DNA from: Candidatus Heimdallarchaeota archaeon
Lineage (GTDB): Archaea; Asgardarchaeota; Heimdallarchaeia; Hodarchaeales; Hodarchaeaceae
Assembly: GCA_011364965.1 (NCBI GenBank)
Contig: RDOB01000002.1
Coordinates: forward strand, 260,554-324,553
DNA length: 64,000 bases
Reading direction: 5' to 3'
Shown here: piece after piece, positions 38,682 through 48,719 of the stretch
Layout of the letters: each line of letters begins with the position of its first letter
Position numbering within the stretch: the first letter of the stretch is position 1
Notes under the pieces: model-generated
The model's input: only the letters and a program-made list of their open reading frames with translations
What the model was told of the DNA's origin: nothing
Database searches by the model: none
Program-made: the position numbers and the translations under genes

Positions 38682-39305
38682 TTATTTCTCTGGGATTTTA
38701 ACAGGACAGTTTACACCTTTAGCAAACTCTTTTGCCATTGATTCGTCTCCTACAACTCCCGATCCCCAATGCATAGGAATAGCAAGTTTAGGGGAAAGTA
38801 CTTTAGCAGCTTCAATCGCCTCCTTAGCTGTCATAACATAGGTCCCACTGACAGGGATTAATGCTACGTCTGTTTTAATTTCACTCATTTCTGGAATATG
38901 ATCTGAATCTCCCGTATGATAGATTCGTGTACCCTCTAGTGTAATAATTACCCCGATGTGCTTATCGCTTTTAGGGTGAAATGGTACTCCAGGTGATCTA
39001 AACTTATTAATATTATATGCTGGAACCATCTCAAATTTTATTTCATTGATGATAATTTCATCGCCAGGTTGCACAAGATTTACTTTTTTGCATTTTACTC
39101 TTTCAAGAACATCCTTGGCTAAAGGGATACCTATAATCTCAGTTTCTGATGATGTAAACTTTGATATATCTTCAAAGCTGCAATGATCTCCATGCTGATG
39201 AGTACTAATGATTACATCTACAGGAGTAAAGATTCCTTTCACTCTGAAAGGGTCCAAACATACTTTTTTGCCATTACTGGATATTAGAAAACCATCATGT
39301 CCCAA
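38682..39305 (-). CDS. metallo-beta-lactamase-fold hydrolase
   Basis: 207 aa. STHQHGDH is the HxHxDH motif, followed by HTGDS and a distal His (IPMHW). Confidence 0.75.
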   Translation of the reverse strand: MGHDGFLISSNGKKVCLDPFRVKGIFTPVDVIISTHQHGDHCSFEDISKFTSSETEIIGIPLAKDVLERVKCKKVNLVQPGDEIIINEIKFEMVPAYNINKFRSPGVPFHPKSDKHIGVIITLEGTRIYHTGDSDHIPEMSEIKTDVALIPVSGTYVMTAKEAIEAAKVLSPKLAIPMHWGSGVVGDESMAKEFAKGVNCPVKIPEK

Positions 39306-39481
39306 CCACTGAATCTTTACATTTTGGAACTCAATCAGTTTTTTCCACCTGAAAACCTATAGTAAAACATAGTTTAAGAAGCTTATTGCTATATTATTAA
39401 TTGAACGAGGAATCAAAAAAGAAAATAAAGTCCATCAGAAATTAATAGAAAGGTTAGAACATACGTAAAAAGTGGTATATA

Positions 39482-40279
39482 TTGAGTATTATGATTTTTC
39501 GTGAAAATATATATAAAATCATTAATGTAATTGAGAAAAAATATTCTTCAGATCTATATTCTATAATATTATTCGGATCATTAACATTTCCACAGTCTAA
39601 TTTAGGTTCAACTGATATAGACTTGGTAATTGTAATAAAAAATGAATCAAGGGAAGTTTTCCAGGAAATCAAGCATTATTTGAGTTTATTAGATCAAACT
39701 CAATTTTCTCAACATCGAACTTTGAGTTTTAATAAAAGTTTAGAACGCGCTACCGGAATGTTTGTGAATTTCTTTGCGTGTAAATTATCTGATTTCCAAA
39801 ATAGATGTTTTCATAAAGTCTTCGGATTGAATAGGTTTGTTAGCACTATCTTAGCTCCTCAAACTTCCGTTTGGATATCTTTATGGAAACAACATCAGAT
39901 CCTTTGGGGTGAAGATCCCTTTAAAACTTGGCTGGATATCCCAAAGTTCACAAAACTTGATTTATACAGATCATTCTTAATGAATTTTCTACTAGCTCTA
40001 GGATCCATAGTTTTGTATCCATTATCGCGATCTTTCGTGAAATACTCAATGGAAGCAATGAAGTGGAGCTTATTTACATGGCGAAATGTCCAAGATCTAC
40101 CTATTATTCCGATTGATAAGTTGGTGTGGTATTATACAAAACAAAAATTATTACCTCTGGAGATGTTAGCACTTCGATATTTTGTTGAATATCGAAAAAC
40201 ACAAGAATCAACTGTTCTTTTTCCTGCGTTGACGTTTTATTTTGTTATATGTCTCCATTTATTTGTATATAGAATTTAG
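39482..40279 (+). CDS. nucleotidyltransferase-domain protein (Pol-beta-like NTase fold) with an unrecognised C-terminal domain
   Basis: 265 aa. ILFGSLTF...GSTDIDLVIV corresponds to the G-S ... D-x-D minimal NTase motif. The C-terminal roughly 150 aa are helical and unassigned. Confidence 0.5.
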   Translation: MSIMIFRENIYKIINVIEKKYSSDLYSIILFGSLTFPQSNLGSTDIDLVIVIKNESREVFQEIKHYLSLLDQTQFSQHRTLSFNKSLERATGMFVNFFACKLSDFQNRCFHKVFGLNRFVSTILAPQTSVWISLWKQHQILWGEDPFKTWLDIPKFTKLDLYRSFLMNFLLALGSIVLYPLSRSFVKYSMEAMKWSLFTWRNVQDLPIIPIDKLVWYYTKQKLLPLEMLALRYFVEYRKTQESTVLFPALTFYFVICLHLFVYRI

Positions 40280-41601
40280 GGGGAATATATATCTGGAGTT
40301 CTGGGAAACATGCTTGCTTCTCGAACGTGTGATAGATTAGCTACCCATCGAATAAGTCGTTCAAAACCTAAACCATATCCTGCATGGGGTGGCATACCAT
40401 ATTTGAACATACGAAGGTACCATTCAAAATCATCTGGATTAAAACCCTTACCCAAAATTCGTTCATTCAATGTATCATACCTAGCTACTCTCTGGCCACC
40501 GCTTGATAATTCTCCAAATCCTTCAGGAGCCATCAAGTCAAGTGAACGAGTGACTTCTGGATTATCAGGATCTGTTGCATAGTACATTCCACGTAAATTC
40601 GTTGGAAAGTGTGTTATAAAGAATGGTTCATCAAAACTTTTGGATAGAACCGATTCCTCTGGCGCACCAAAATCCTCTTTTGGGTTTACTTCCAATTCCA
40701 TGTCTAGTAGAATTTGCTTTGCTTCTACAAACTTAATTCGTTTGAAGGGTTTAGAAGGTATCTTTATAATTCGATTTAGTTTATTCAATTGCTCTTTTGC
40801 TTCTAAATTTACTTTTTTTAGAACAAATATAACTAAATCTTCCTGAACCTGCATTATTTCTTGATCTGTTGCGAAGGCAATTTCATTTTCAATCTGCCAA
40901 AATTCAGTCATATGTTTTGGAGTATGTGATTTTTCAGCTCTCCAAGAAGGAATTATTCCGAAAACTTTTTCGTGACACGCAAGAGCTGCTTGTTTATAAA
41001 ATTGACAGGATTGAGCAAGAACAGCTGGACGACCAAAATAATCTAATTTGAATTGTTCCGCTCCTCCCTCCGTTGAAGCTGTTAGAATAAAAGGAGTAAA
41101 AATTTCAATAAAATTATTTTTTCGGAAAAATTCCCGTATAGCTCCAGCTATAACATTCTTAATTTCCATAATTCTCGATACTTCAGGATCGCGAATAGCT
41201 AATTCTCTATATCTAAAAGCAGTATCGATATCCATCTGGGTTTTTTTTCCTGTTAGATCGATGGGGATTTTCGGATCCGCAATTGCATGAATTTTGATAG
41301 AAATGGGAATAATTTCTGCGCCAAGTTTCGAGCGCGGGTCAGATTTGACTAAACCCCGTATTGAGACAACTGATTCTAGGGTTATCTCTTTGGCACGATC
41401 CCATATTTCTGAGCTTACTTTCTTCTCATGCAATGTTACTTGAGCAAGACCATGATGATCTCTAAGTGTAAGAAAGATTAAACGTCCTTTATCTCGTTTT
41501 TGATGTATCCATCCTGCTATTATAACTTCTAATCCATTATTCGTGCCTGTAACATCTTTTGTAGTGCTAGTACGCCATTCAGGATTTACTGCATAAATCA
41601 T
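40276..41601 (-). CDS. class IIb aminoacyl-tRNA synthetase (asparaginyl- or aspartyl-tRNA synthetase)
   Basis: Motif 2 WRAEKSHTPKHMTEFWQIENEIAF (EFW-x-E-x-E looks AsnRS-like, while LAQSCQFYKQ looks AspRS-like). Motif 3 GYGLGFERL. I start it at M49 (41601, GAGGAG 10 nt upstream), giving 441 aa. The longer ORF-track version overlaps trxB. Confidence 0.85.
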   Translation of the reverse strand: MIYAVNPEWRTSTTKDVTGTNNGLEVIIAGWIHQKRDKGRLIFLTLRDHHGLAQVTLHEKKVSSEIWDRAKEITLESVVSIRGLVKSDPRSKLGAEIIPISIKIHAIADPKIPIDLTGKKTQMDIDTAFRYRELAIRDPEVSRIMEIKNVIAGAIREFFRKNNFIEIFTPFILTASTEGGAEQFKLDYFGRPAVLAQSCQFYKQAALACHEKVFGIIPSWRAEKSHTPKHMTEFWQIENEIAFATDQEIMQVQEDLVIFVLKKVNLEAKEQLNKLNRIIKIPSKPFKRIKFVEAKQILLDMELEVNPKEDFGAPEESVLSKSFDEPFFITHFPTNLRGMYYATDPDNPEVTRSLDLMAPEGFGELSSGGQRVARYDTLNERILGKGFNPDDFEWYLRMFKYGMPPHAGYGLGFERLIRWVANLSHVREASMFPRTPDIYSP

Positions 41602-41717
41602 GTCCAATACTCTCCTCATTTTTCCTAATTTCATAAAAGTGTTAAAAATAGCATATGTTAAATAATTTAGGGTAGAAAGATAATAAAAACCCTTATACAA
41701 CCTAGGGAAGGAATATA

Positions 41718-42689
41718 ATGCAATTAATCTTACACAAAAAACCAACAGATGAAGATATCAGTCCTAATCGAGAAATTGTGATCATCGGAAGTGGGCCTGC
41801 TGGTCTAACAGCAGCTATATATGCTGCACGTGCCCAATTACATCCCCTAGTGATTGCAGGATTGGAGCCTGGAGGTCAATTGATGACCACAACTGAAGTT
41901 GAAAACTTTCCAGGATTTCCTGAGGTTGTGCACGGCCCTGATTTGATGTCTGAAATGCGAATTCAAGCTCAAAGACTTGGAACTGAATTCCTAGAACAGA
42001 ATGTGATGGATGTTAACTTTGATCAGTACCCTTTTCTTGTATTAACTGATCAACGTCAGTTCAATGCGAAAGCTGTCATTATTGCAACAGGTGCAGAACC
42101 TAAAAGACTTGAATTAGAAAATGAGGCAAAATTAAGTGGAAGAGGGGTAAGTTATTGCGCTACTTGCGATGCTCCTTTCTTTAAGGATGTTGAAGCAGCT
42201 GTGATCGGAGCTGGAGACGCAGCATTTGAAGAAGCCCTGTTTTTAGTAAAATATGCTTCTAAGGTGAAGCTAATCTATCGGGGTTCAAAAGAAAAAATAC
42301 GTGCAAATAAATCTCTTCAAAATAGAGCTTTGAAAGATCCTAAAATTGAATTTATCTACAATACTATCGTTACAGAGGTATTAGGTCAGGAAAGATTACT
42401 TGGTATCAAAGTATTGAATCTAGAGTCTCAAAAGGAATATGAAATTCCCTTAGGAGGTTTATTAGTTGCAATTGGCCATATTCCCCAAACTCAATTGTTT
42501 AAAGGGAAAATTGAGATGATTAATGGATATATTCTACATAAAAGGTACACTATGACGAATATTCCTGGGATTTTTGCTGCTGGAGATGTAGTGGATTTTC
42601 GATATCGACAAGCAATAACTGCTGCAGGGCAAGGATGTCAAGCAGCAATCGATGCTGAAAAATGGCTACAAGATCCTAAGTTATTCTGA
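41718..42689 (+). CDS. trxB: thioredoxin-disulfide reductase (low-Mr TrxR type)
   Basis: 323 aa. FAD motif IIGSGPAGLTAA, redox CATCD, second dinucleotide motif VIGAGDAAFEEA, and the GDV C-terminal FAD motif. Confidence 0.85.
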   Translation: MQLILHKKPTDEDISPNREIVIIGSGPAGLTAAIYAARAQLHPLVIAGLEPGGQLMTTTEVENFPGFPEVVHGPDLMSEMRIQAQRLGTEFLEQNVMDVNFDQYPFLVLTDQRQFNAKAVIIATGAEPKRLELENEAKLSGRGVSYCATCDAPFFKDVEAAVIGAGDAAFEEALFLVKYASKVKLIYRGSKEKIRANKSLQNRALKDPKIEFIYNTIVTEVLGQERLLGIKVLNLESQKEYEIPLGGLLVAIGHIPQTQLFKGKIEMINGYILHKRYTMTNIPGIFAAGDVVDFRYRQAITAAGQGCQAAIDAEKWLQDPKLF

Positions 42690-42726
42690 TTAAAGAAGTA
42701 AAAATAAAAAAAGGAAGGAGGAGGGT

Positions 42727-45033
42727 TTATGGGGGGCTTCCACCGCTGAAAATATCAGTTAGTGGTACACCATCCATATCTTCAAAGAATGTTTGAATGA
42801 TTTCTTGAAATCCTGGGGCGTCAAGGAGATCAAGAATCGCTTCAAGCGAGGCCATTGTATTTAGAATACCTTGGGCCAATCCTCCTATAGATCCCCCTTC
42901 AGGGTCAGGTTCTAGTTCAAATAATGGATTGGGAGTGTAAAGCATATTTTTCCAATTCGTTTTTGCCTGACTATCAATATTATCCGCTCCATCTATAGCA
43001 AACCATCCTGCAGATGCATTGGCAATACAGAAATTCATATAATCTTTTGATTTGTTATAATCTGGATCATTCAATAGGAAATTCACAAAATCGGTAGCAT
43101 TGGATGCAGCTGCATATGATGTAGTATATGATTGATTAAAGAGCGAAAATCCTTCTGTTAATGCGCTAATTGAAGATACTGTATACCCAAGTCCTGAAAT
43201 TAGTCCTCCAATTTGAGTAATATTTTGACTAAAAGTAGAAAGCATCGATGAAAATTCATTCAACATCGGACGTAAAGAGCCATCGATAATTTCCCCATAG
43301 CTTTTAGTTGTCAGGGTTTCACTGAAATCAGTTGCATGAACAATATTACCGGCAGCTGCGTTGAAAAGAGTTGATACCTCTGATAAATCAGCTGATAGTG
43401 CTCCTAATCCTTCGGAAAGACTAATTAAGTCACTTCCATTGAATTCTAAAGTATCTAGTGTAATTAAAACGTCTTCCATCTTTGTATAACACTCTGTTCC
43501 ATTTGCTGCAGCCAACGAAAACCAACTGAGAAGATTAGTCATATCTTTGAGAATTTCTACTGTTCCCCAAAATGGTAAGGGTGAATTTGGGTCTAAACCA
43601 GTGCTATTTATTGCATTTAATGTTGTATTTGCATCTATCAGATCAATAGCCGCGCTTACTATCCAGGAATGTGATCCAATGAAGTCACTATCTCCAAGAT
43701 CTTCAACCGCTAAAGTTGTTTTATAGGTTGCATTTAGAAAATCGATAGCTCCAGTAGCTATATCAAGGATTATTCCATAACCTACATCAACTTGGTCAAT
43801 AATTTCAAGAATAAAAGCCATCTCTCCTGAAGTATCTACAATAACTTCTGCAACAATATCTCTAGCTCCACTAATTGCACTAACGACCCCATCACGAGAT
43901 TCTTGGAAATAATCAATTGCATCAGATAAGTTTCCTAGTCCTACATTGAAATTAGGATTATAATCAGCTGAAGGTGCAGAAATAGATCCACCAGATCCAC
44001 CTCCTAAATCTGAAGTACCTAATACAGAGAATGTCCTATTAAAACCGTCTACTAAGCTGAAGTAACCTAGGAGTAAATAAGGGATCTCTGAGGAGACATC
44101 AGCGAGAACTTCGGAGATATCTAATAGAATTGGCAATTTTTTTAGATCAATACCGCCATAGGTGCCTTCGGGAAAGATATATTCCGCAAGAATAGATGTG
44201 AGAATAGTAGTGTAAAAATTCCCTTGAACTTGATCGAATTTATATTGAGATCTTCTGAACCATTCCGTGGCACGTTGAGCCGATAACATTAGCTCTTGCA
44301 ATACTTCGGGATCACTAAGATCGATTGGTATTCCACCATTTTGTGCTCCAAGTCCTCCGTCTAAACTTCCACCGAATATTCCCATAAATTCAGCACCTCC
44401 CGCAACTAGTGAAATACTACCGTCCACAAGGTTAGCGATTCCATGATATGTGAAAGGTATAAGCAATATTAATAATATAACGAAAATTGCAGCGATAGGT
44501 TTACTTATCACAGATATAATGGAAAATTTGCCTTTTTTAGTCCAAAATCCTGTAGCTAGCATGGATAGGAAAAATCCGAAAAATAATGCCATAAGCTCTA
44601 GGATGAATAGATCAGCAATCATTGCTCCCTGCACGACCTGATCCATCATTGCGGCAGATTCTGCTGGAATAAGCCCCGTTTGAGTAATTGATCCCAGAGG
44701 CCCAGCTAAAGCAGAAAGCAGCCCAAAGGGATTAGGAATCATATTATTTGATAATGTATCTATAAAGAATAGAATAACCCATGAGATTGGAGCTGCAATT
44801 ACACTTAAAAGGCCTAGAAGCTTTGATCTTGCTAGAATTCCCGTTAAACAGAATGCTATAGCAATTATTAATATCTCTAGTTGTAGTAAAAAGGCATTTC
44901 TGGCTGATCCTAAAATCCCAAATACGATAGCTACGACAATAGGTGCCACAATTGCTGCTAAAAACGCTTGCCATAACGGAAGGGCTTTTACGGTTCGTAA
45001 ATCATCAGATTCTTCTGGAGACATCATATTCAT
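42727..45033 (-). CDS. large membrane protein: about 5 N-terminal TM helices plus a roughly 560-aa Asn/Ser/Asp/Gly-rich extracytoplasmic domain
   Basis: 768 aa. The hydrophobic helices lie in the first roughly 200 aa. The remainder has no TM, many sequons (NRT, NLS, NAT, NTT, NST, NGT, NGS, NIT, NQS, NKS, NAS) and Gly runs (GGGSGGS). I recognise no family. Confidence 0.55.
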   Translation of the reverse strand: MNMMSPEESDDLRTVKALPLWQAFLAAIVAPIVVAIVFGILGSARNAFLLQLEILIIAIAFCLTGILARSKLLGLLSVIAAPISWVILFFIDTLSNNMIPNPFGLLSALAGPLGSITQTGLIPAESAAMMDQVVQGAMIADLFILELMALFFGFFLSMLATGFWTKKGKFSIISVISKPIAAIFVILLILLIPFTYHGIANLVDGSISLVAGGAEFMGIFGGSLDGGLGAQNGGIPIDLSDPEVLQELMLSAQRATEWFRRSQYKFDQVQGNFYTTILTSILAEYIFPEGTYGGIDLKKLPILLDISEVLADVSSEIPYLLLGYFSLVDGFNRTFSVLGTSDLGGGSGGSISAPSADYNPNFNVGLGNLSDAIDYFQESRDGVVSAISGARDIVAEVIVDTSGEMAFILEIIDQVDVGYGIILDIATGAIDFLNATYKTTLAVEDLGDSDFIGSHSWIVSAAIDLIDANTTLNAINSTGLDPNSPLPFWGTVEILKDMTNLLSWFSLAAANGTECYTKMEDVLITLDTLEFNGSDLISLSEGLGALSADLSEVSTLFNAAAGNIVHATDFSETLTTKSYGEIIDGSLRPMLNEFSSMLSTFSQNITQIGGLISGLGYTVSSISALTEGFSLFNQSYTTSYAAASNATDFVNFLLNDPDYNKSKDYMNFCIANASAGWFAIDGADNIDSQAKTNWKNMLYTPNPLFELEPDPEGGSIGGLAQGILNTMASLEAILDLLDAPGFQEIIQTFFEDMDGVPLTDIFSGGSPP

Positions 45034-45177
45034 TCACGATAAATAACTTTTAATTGATATTTACTCTAAGGATAATGAAGGTTGTTATTAAGATTATCCG
45101 TATAAAAACAAAAAAATCATCTAGAAGGTACAATTCGATTTTTCAAGAATAGAGTGAGAAAATTGAGGCTTTAATGA

Positions 45178-47160
45178 TTATGAATGAATTTTTTTGCTAA
45201 ATTTATCCCAAGTTTCAATTTTAATTCCATATTGTTTAGCTTTTTCTATTTTCTTTGATCCAGGTTTTTCTCCTAATACTAATAAATCTAATTTCTTGGT
45301 TAAAGGTGCCCATTCATATCCATGACTGGATAGTATATCCTGTAGTTCTCTTTTGGTCAAGCCTTCAATTTTTCCTGAAACATAAATCGAGATGGAATTT
45401 TCATTATTATGTGAAGTAGAAAATTCTGGTTCGGGTTTTATTGGTTTTTTGGTTGAACTAGGAAGGTATGTTTCTAGTGTAGTTTTCTTTTCCTCCTTTC
45501 TTTGAACTCTTTTCCCACTATAGTTTAATTTCAAACCTTTCGATAAAACTTGTTCTGCTAAAGAGGAGTCTTGTAGACCTTTGATTATATAATCTGCAGT
45601 AATATCTGAAATCCCTTCGATTTTCATTAAATCTTTTGCATCTGCACTTTTTAGTGAATTAAAATCCTGAAAATGATGAGCTAGAACCTTAGCCATACGT
45701 GTTCCAAGAGAATCTATACCTAATGCTGCAAGAAAAATACTAAAAGGTAATTCCCGTTTATTTTGGATACTCTCATAGATTTTTGCCCCATTTTTCCCTA
45801 AGATATTTACCAGGATGTTTTCACTTAGTTTTTTATCATAAAGATCTGAAAAATGCCTTACTATACCCTCGTCATAAAGTCTAGCTATATTTTTCACCCC
45901 CAATCCCATAATTTCGGTAATTTTAACCCAATGTCGAATTCGTTGGATTTCTCGATCACGACAGATAAGTGCTTGACATTTTAAATTTACTCCTACTCTC
46001 TCAAGTTTTGAATCACAAGAAGGGCATCGAACAGGAAATGATGGTTCCAATGCTCCTTTCTCATTAACTTCGATGATTTTGGGGATTACATCTCCAGATC
46101 TTACAACGAGGACTTTATCACCTGGAGCGGCATTTAAAGATTCCATAAATTCTGCGTTATGAAGTGTTGCACGTTTAATTACTGCGCCAGCAATTTCTAT
46201 GGGTTTGAGCTCTGCTACTGGGGTAATGCTTCCAGTTCGTCCTACTTGCCAAGTTATTGATTCAATAGAGGTAATATCTCCTTGACTTTCAAACTTTAAA
46301 GCGATCATCCACTTTGGATGATGAGCTGTGCTTCCTGCATTGCTTCGTTCTTTTGCAGCATTATATTTCAGCACCAACCCATCAATTTCAAAATCTAAGG
46401 TGTTTCTATCTTCTTCTACTTGTCTGAATATTTCTTTGATTTTTGTTTCTGTTGGGATTTCAATATAGCCAACAAATGCTGTCTCAAATCCCCATTCATT
46501 AAGTATTTGATTTTTTATTTTTAGATCAGCTTCATCATCATATCCAATTAATTCAAATGCAAAAAAGTTCAATTTTCGTCTTGTTAATAGCTTTAGGTTT
46601 TTTTGTTTCAGAGTTCCCACTGCTAAATTTCTGGGACTATTATAGTCAAATCCTTCTTCTCGTTTTATCCTTTTAAACTCTGATATCTTCATATATATTT
46701 CCCCCCTTATGTTAATTCGTGCTTGAACGGGAACTTTTTTCGGTATCCTTGGAATTTTCATAACATCTATTGTTACATCATCACCCGCTGTCGCATTTCC
46801 TCTCGTTGCCGCTTGAATCAATTTTCCGTCAACATAAATTAAGGAGAGAGAGAATCCATCTATTTTATATTCAACTAACAGATCCAATCCCTTACTCCAT
46901 TTTAATACCTCTTCAATATCCCCTGCTTTCTGACACGATAACATTGGAGTATCATGGATGACTTTTCCTCCTTCTGGTGTTCCAACGATATATAATACTG
47001 GATTATCTGGATCAAGTATACGAAGTTTCTCCTCTATAGCATCGTATTCGGCATCAGAGATCACTGGTTCCCCATTATAGTACTTTTTCTTATGATAAAG
47101 GATATGATCAACAAGCCTCTGAATTTCTGATTCACTAGAGTTCCCCTGCATTATAATCAA
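45178..47160 (-). CDS. ligA: NAD+-dependent DNA ligase (bacterial LigA type) with full domain set
   Basis: 660 aa. Ia domain (HILYHKKKYYNGEPVISDAEYDAIEEKL), adenylation EYKIDGFS (KxDG), 4-Cys zinc finger CPSC...C...C, an HhH region, and a C-terminal BRCT (IYVSGKIEGLTKRELQ...LLVLGEKPGSKKIEKAKQYGIKI). Confidence 0.9.
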   Translation of the reverse strand: MIIMQGNSSESEIQRLVDHILYHKKKYYNGEPVISDAEYDAIEEKLRILDPDNPVLYIVGTPEGGKVIHDTPMLSCQKAGDIEEVLKWSKGLDLLVEYKIDGFSLSLIYVDGKLIQAATRGNATAGDDVTIDVMKIPRIPKKVPVQARINIRGEIYMKISEFKRIKREEGFDYNSPRNLAVGTLKQKNLKLLTRRKLNFFAFELIGYDDEADLKIKNQILNEWGFETAFVGYIEIPTETKIKEIFRQVEEDRNTLDFEIDGLVLKYNAAKERSNAGSTAHHPKWMIALKFESQGDITSIESITWQVGRTGSITPVAELKPIEIAGAVIKRATLHNAEFMESLNAAPGDKVLVVRSGDVIPKIIEVNEKGALEPSFPVRCPSCDSKLERVGVNLKCQALICRDREIQRIRHWVKITEIMGLGVKNIARLYDEGIVRHFSDLYDKKLSENILVNILGKNGAKIYESIQNKRELPFSIFLAALGIDSLGTRMAKVLAHHFQDFNSLKSADAKDLMKIEGISDITADYIIKGLQDSSLAEQVLSKGLKLNYSGKRVQRKEEKKTTLETYLPSSTKKPIKPEPEFSTSHNNENSISIYVSGKIEGLTKRELQDILSSHGYEWAPLTKKLDLLVLGEKPGSKKIEKAKQYGIKIETWDKFSKKIHS

Positions 47161-47307
47161 CTATATGGAAGTGGTTTGATCTCTATCATTCAATAAATGT
47201 CAAGTTAAAAAAACTTAGCAGTTATTCAACTTGAAACATACGCGCGGGGTTTTAAAACTCATGTAGAGAGTCTGAAAAAAAAATCAGAGAAAACGTGATG
47301 AAAAGTA

Positions 47308-48147
47308 ATGGAGATCGATTTAATTATTAAAATAGGTGGATCTTGCCTATCAAACAAGATGCTCTTATACAAGGCATTAAAAGAACCCTCTGAGGAGAAT
47401 ATTAAAGCAGCAGTGAAAATAGATTTAGAAATCATTGACCAAATCGCAGCTGAGATTGGACAAGTCTACTTTTCAAAGAAAAGAAGAATGATAGTTTTAA
47501 CAGGAGTTGGGGCTCCTGGACATTTTACAGTTTTAAAATATAATATGCACAAAGGTGACGATGGAACTTTGGAACAGCATCTGGGACTAGTTGAAGCTCA
47601 GATTGCTGTAAATAATCTGCGCCAAGCCAATTTGAAGGCATTTTTACATCACAAAATTCCAGCAGTACAAGTTTATGCCTCAAGTATCTATCAATCTGAT
47701 AAAATGCGAATCATCGAAAGCTATACAGAAAATTTTGAGAAATTTATTGAATTGGGAATAGTACCGATAATTTCAGGTGATATGGTTCCTGATCGGACGA
47801 TGGGTTATAGTGTCCTCTCTGGGGATCAAATTTTGTTGGACTTAGCTACAAAATTTCAGCCTAGAAGGGTGATCTTTGGCTCAGATGTCGATGGATTGTA
47901 TGATTCTGATCCAAAAATCAATCGGAATGCTAAATTAATTCCAAAAATTACACAGGATAATATGGACGGTTATATTGGAGAAATTAAGGGAGACGATGCC
48001 TCTGGTCAACTTAAAGGGAAGATTCAGGAAATTAAGAACCTTCTTGAAGCAGGTTTCAAAGATATAACATTAATGAATTTAACTCAAAAAGGGAGGTTAT
48101 TAGATGTTTTAGAAGACAAAAATGTTCCAATGAGTAGATTTACTTAA
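47308..48147 (+). CDS. isopentenyl phosphate kinase (amino-acid-kinase fold; archaeal mevalonate pathway)
   Basis: 279 aa. Motifs IIKIGGS, TGVGAPGH, LSGDQI, SDVDGLYD and ASGQLKGKI parallel the IPK motifs KLGGS, HGGGAFGH, ISGDDI, TDVDGV and VTGGMKYKI. Confidence 0.75.
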   Translation: MEIDLIIKIGGSCLSNKMLLYKALKEPSEENIKAAVKIDLEIIDQIAAEIGQVYFSKKRRMIVLTGVGAPGHFTVLKYNMHKGDDGTLEQHLGLVEAQIAVNNLRQANLKAFLHHKIPAVQVYASSIYQSDKMRIIESYTENFEKFIELGIVPIISGDMVPDRTMGYSVLSGDQILLDLATKFQPRRVIFGSDVDGLYDSDPKINRNAKLIPKITQDNMDGYIGEIKGDDASGQLKGKIQEIKNLLEAGFKDITLMNLTQKGRLLDVLEDKNVPMSRFT

Positions 48148-48685
48148 ATTTTCCCTTTTCGTTTAATATTTTAATACATAAGGAGAAATCATCCGATTCT
48201 AGCTCTGAGGAAAGCACTGGAAAGGTTTCGAGTTCAGATATATTTGTCTTTGAAATTATTCCAGTGATAAATAGGGGTTTTTGATTCAGATATCGTTCTC
48301 TGAGTTTTTGAAAATCTTCTATCGATTCACAGGTAAAAATTAATGGGATAGGGGGAAATTCCGCTGGATAACTCTCACAAACAACCACATCAATGCCAAG
48401 GTCACTTTTATTCATTATATCTAATAGTTCATCAAGTTTTTGACGACTTTTCTGCCTTTGATAATAAACTGTTTCATATGGAGTTGAAGAAATTACTATT
48501 TGCGCTTTACTTTTTCTTAAAAGTGTTGAATCTTTATCAGGGGGTTGAAGATCAAATTTATGATGACTATATTTAATAATTGCAGCATTTAGACCTTTTT
48601 CTGTAAAATAACTTACAATCCGCAGAACTGTAGTAGTTTTACCTGTATTTTTATTTCCTACAATACCAAATAACAATTTTGGCAT
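48140..48685 (-). CDS. mobB: MobB-like P-loop protein (molybdopterin-guanine dinucleotide biosynthesis adapter family)
   Basis: 181 aa. GIVGNKNTGKTT, then IKYSHHKFDLQPPDKDSTLLRKS, resembles the MobB sequence IKHTHHDMDVDKPGKDSYELRKA. It overlaps the convergent IPK gene by 8 nt. Confidence 0.7.
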   Translation of the reverse strand: MPKLLFGIVGNKNTGKTTTVLRIVSYFTEKGLNAAIIKYSHHKFDLQPPDKDSTLLRKSKAQIVISSTPYETVYYQRQKSRQKLDELLDIMNKSDLGIDVVVCESYPAEFPPIPLIFTCESIEDFQKLRERYLNQKPLFITGIISKTNISELETFPVLSSELESDDFSLCIKILNEKGKFK

Positions 48686-48719
48686 CAGTGATCCTCATAG
48701 TAAGTTATTCGTATTTCGA

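Noticed and set aside
41602-41745. 48-codon N-terminal extension of the Asp/Asn-tRNA synthetase ORF that overlaps the trxB start
   Set aside because: The extension is hydrophobic and unlike class IIb synthetase N-termini. An internal ATG at 41601 has GAGGAG 10 nt upstream and gives the expected length of about 440 aa.
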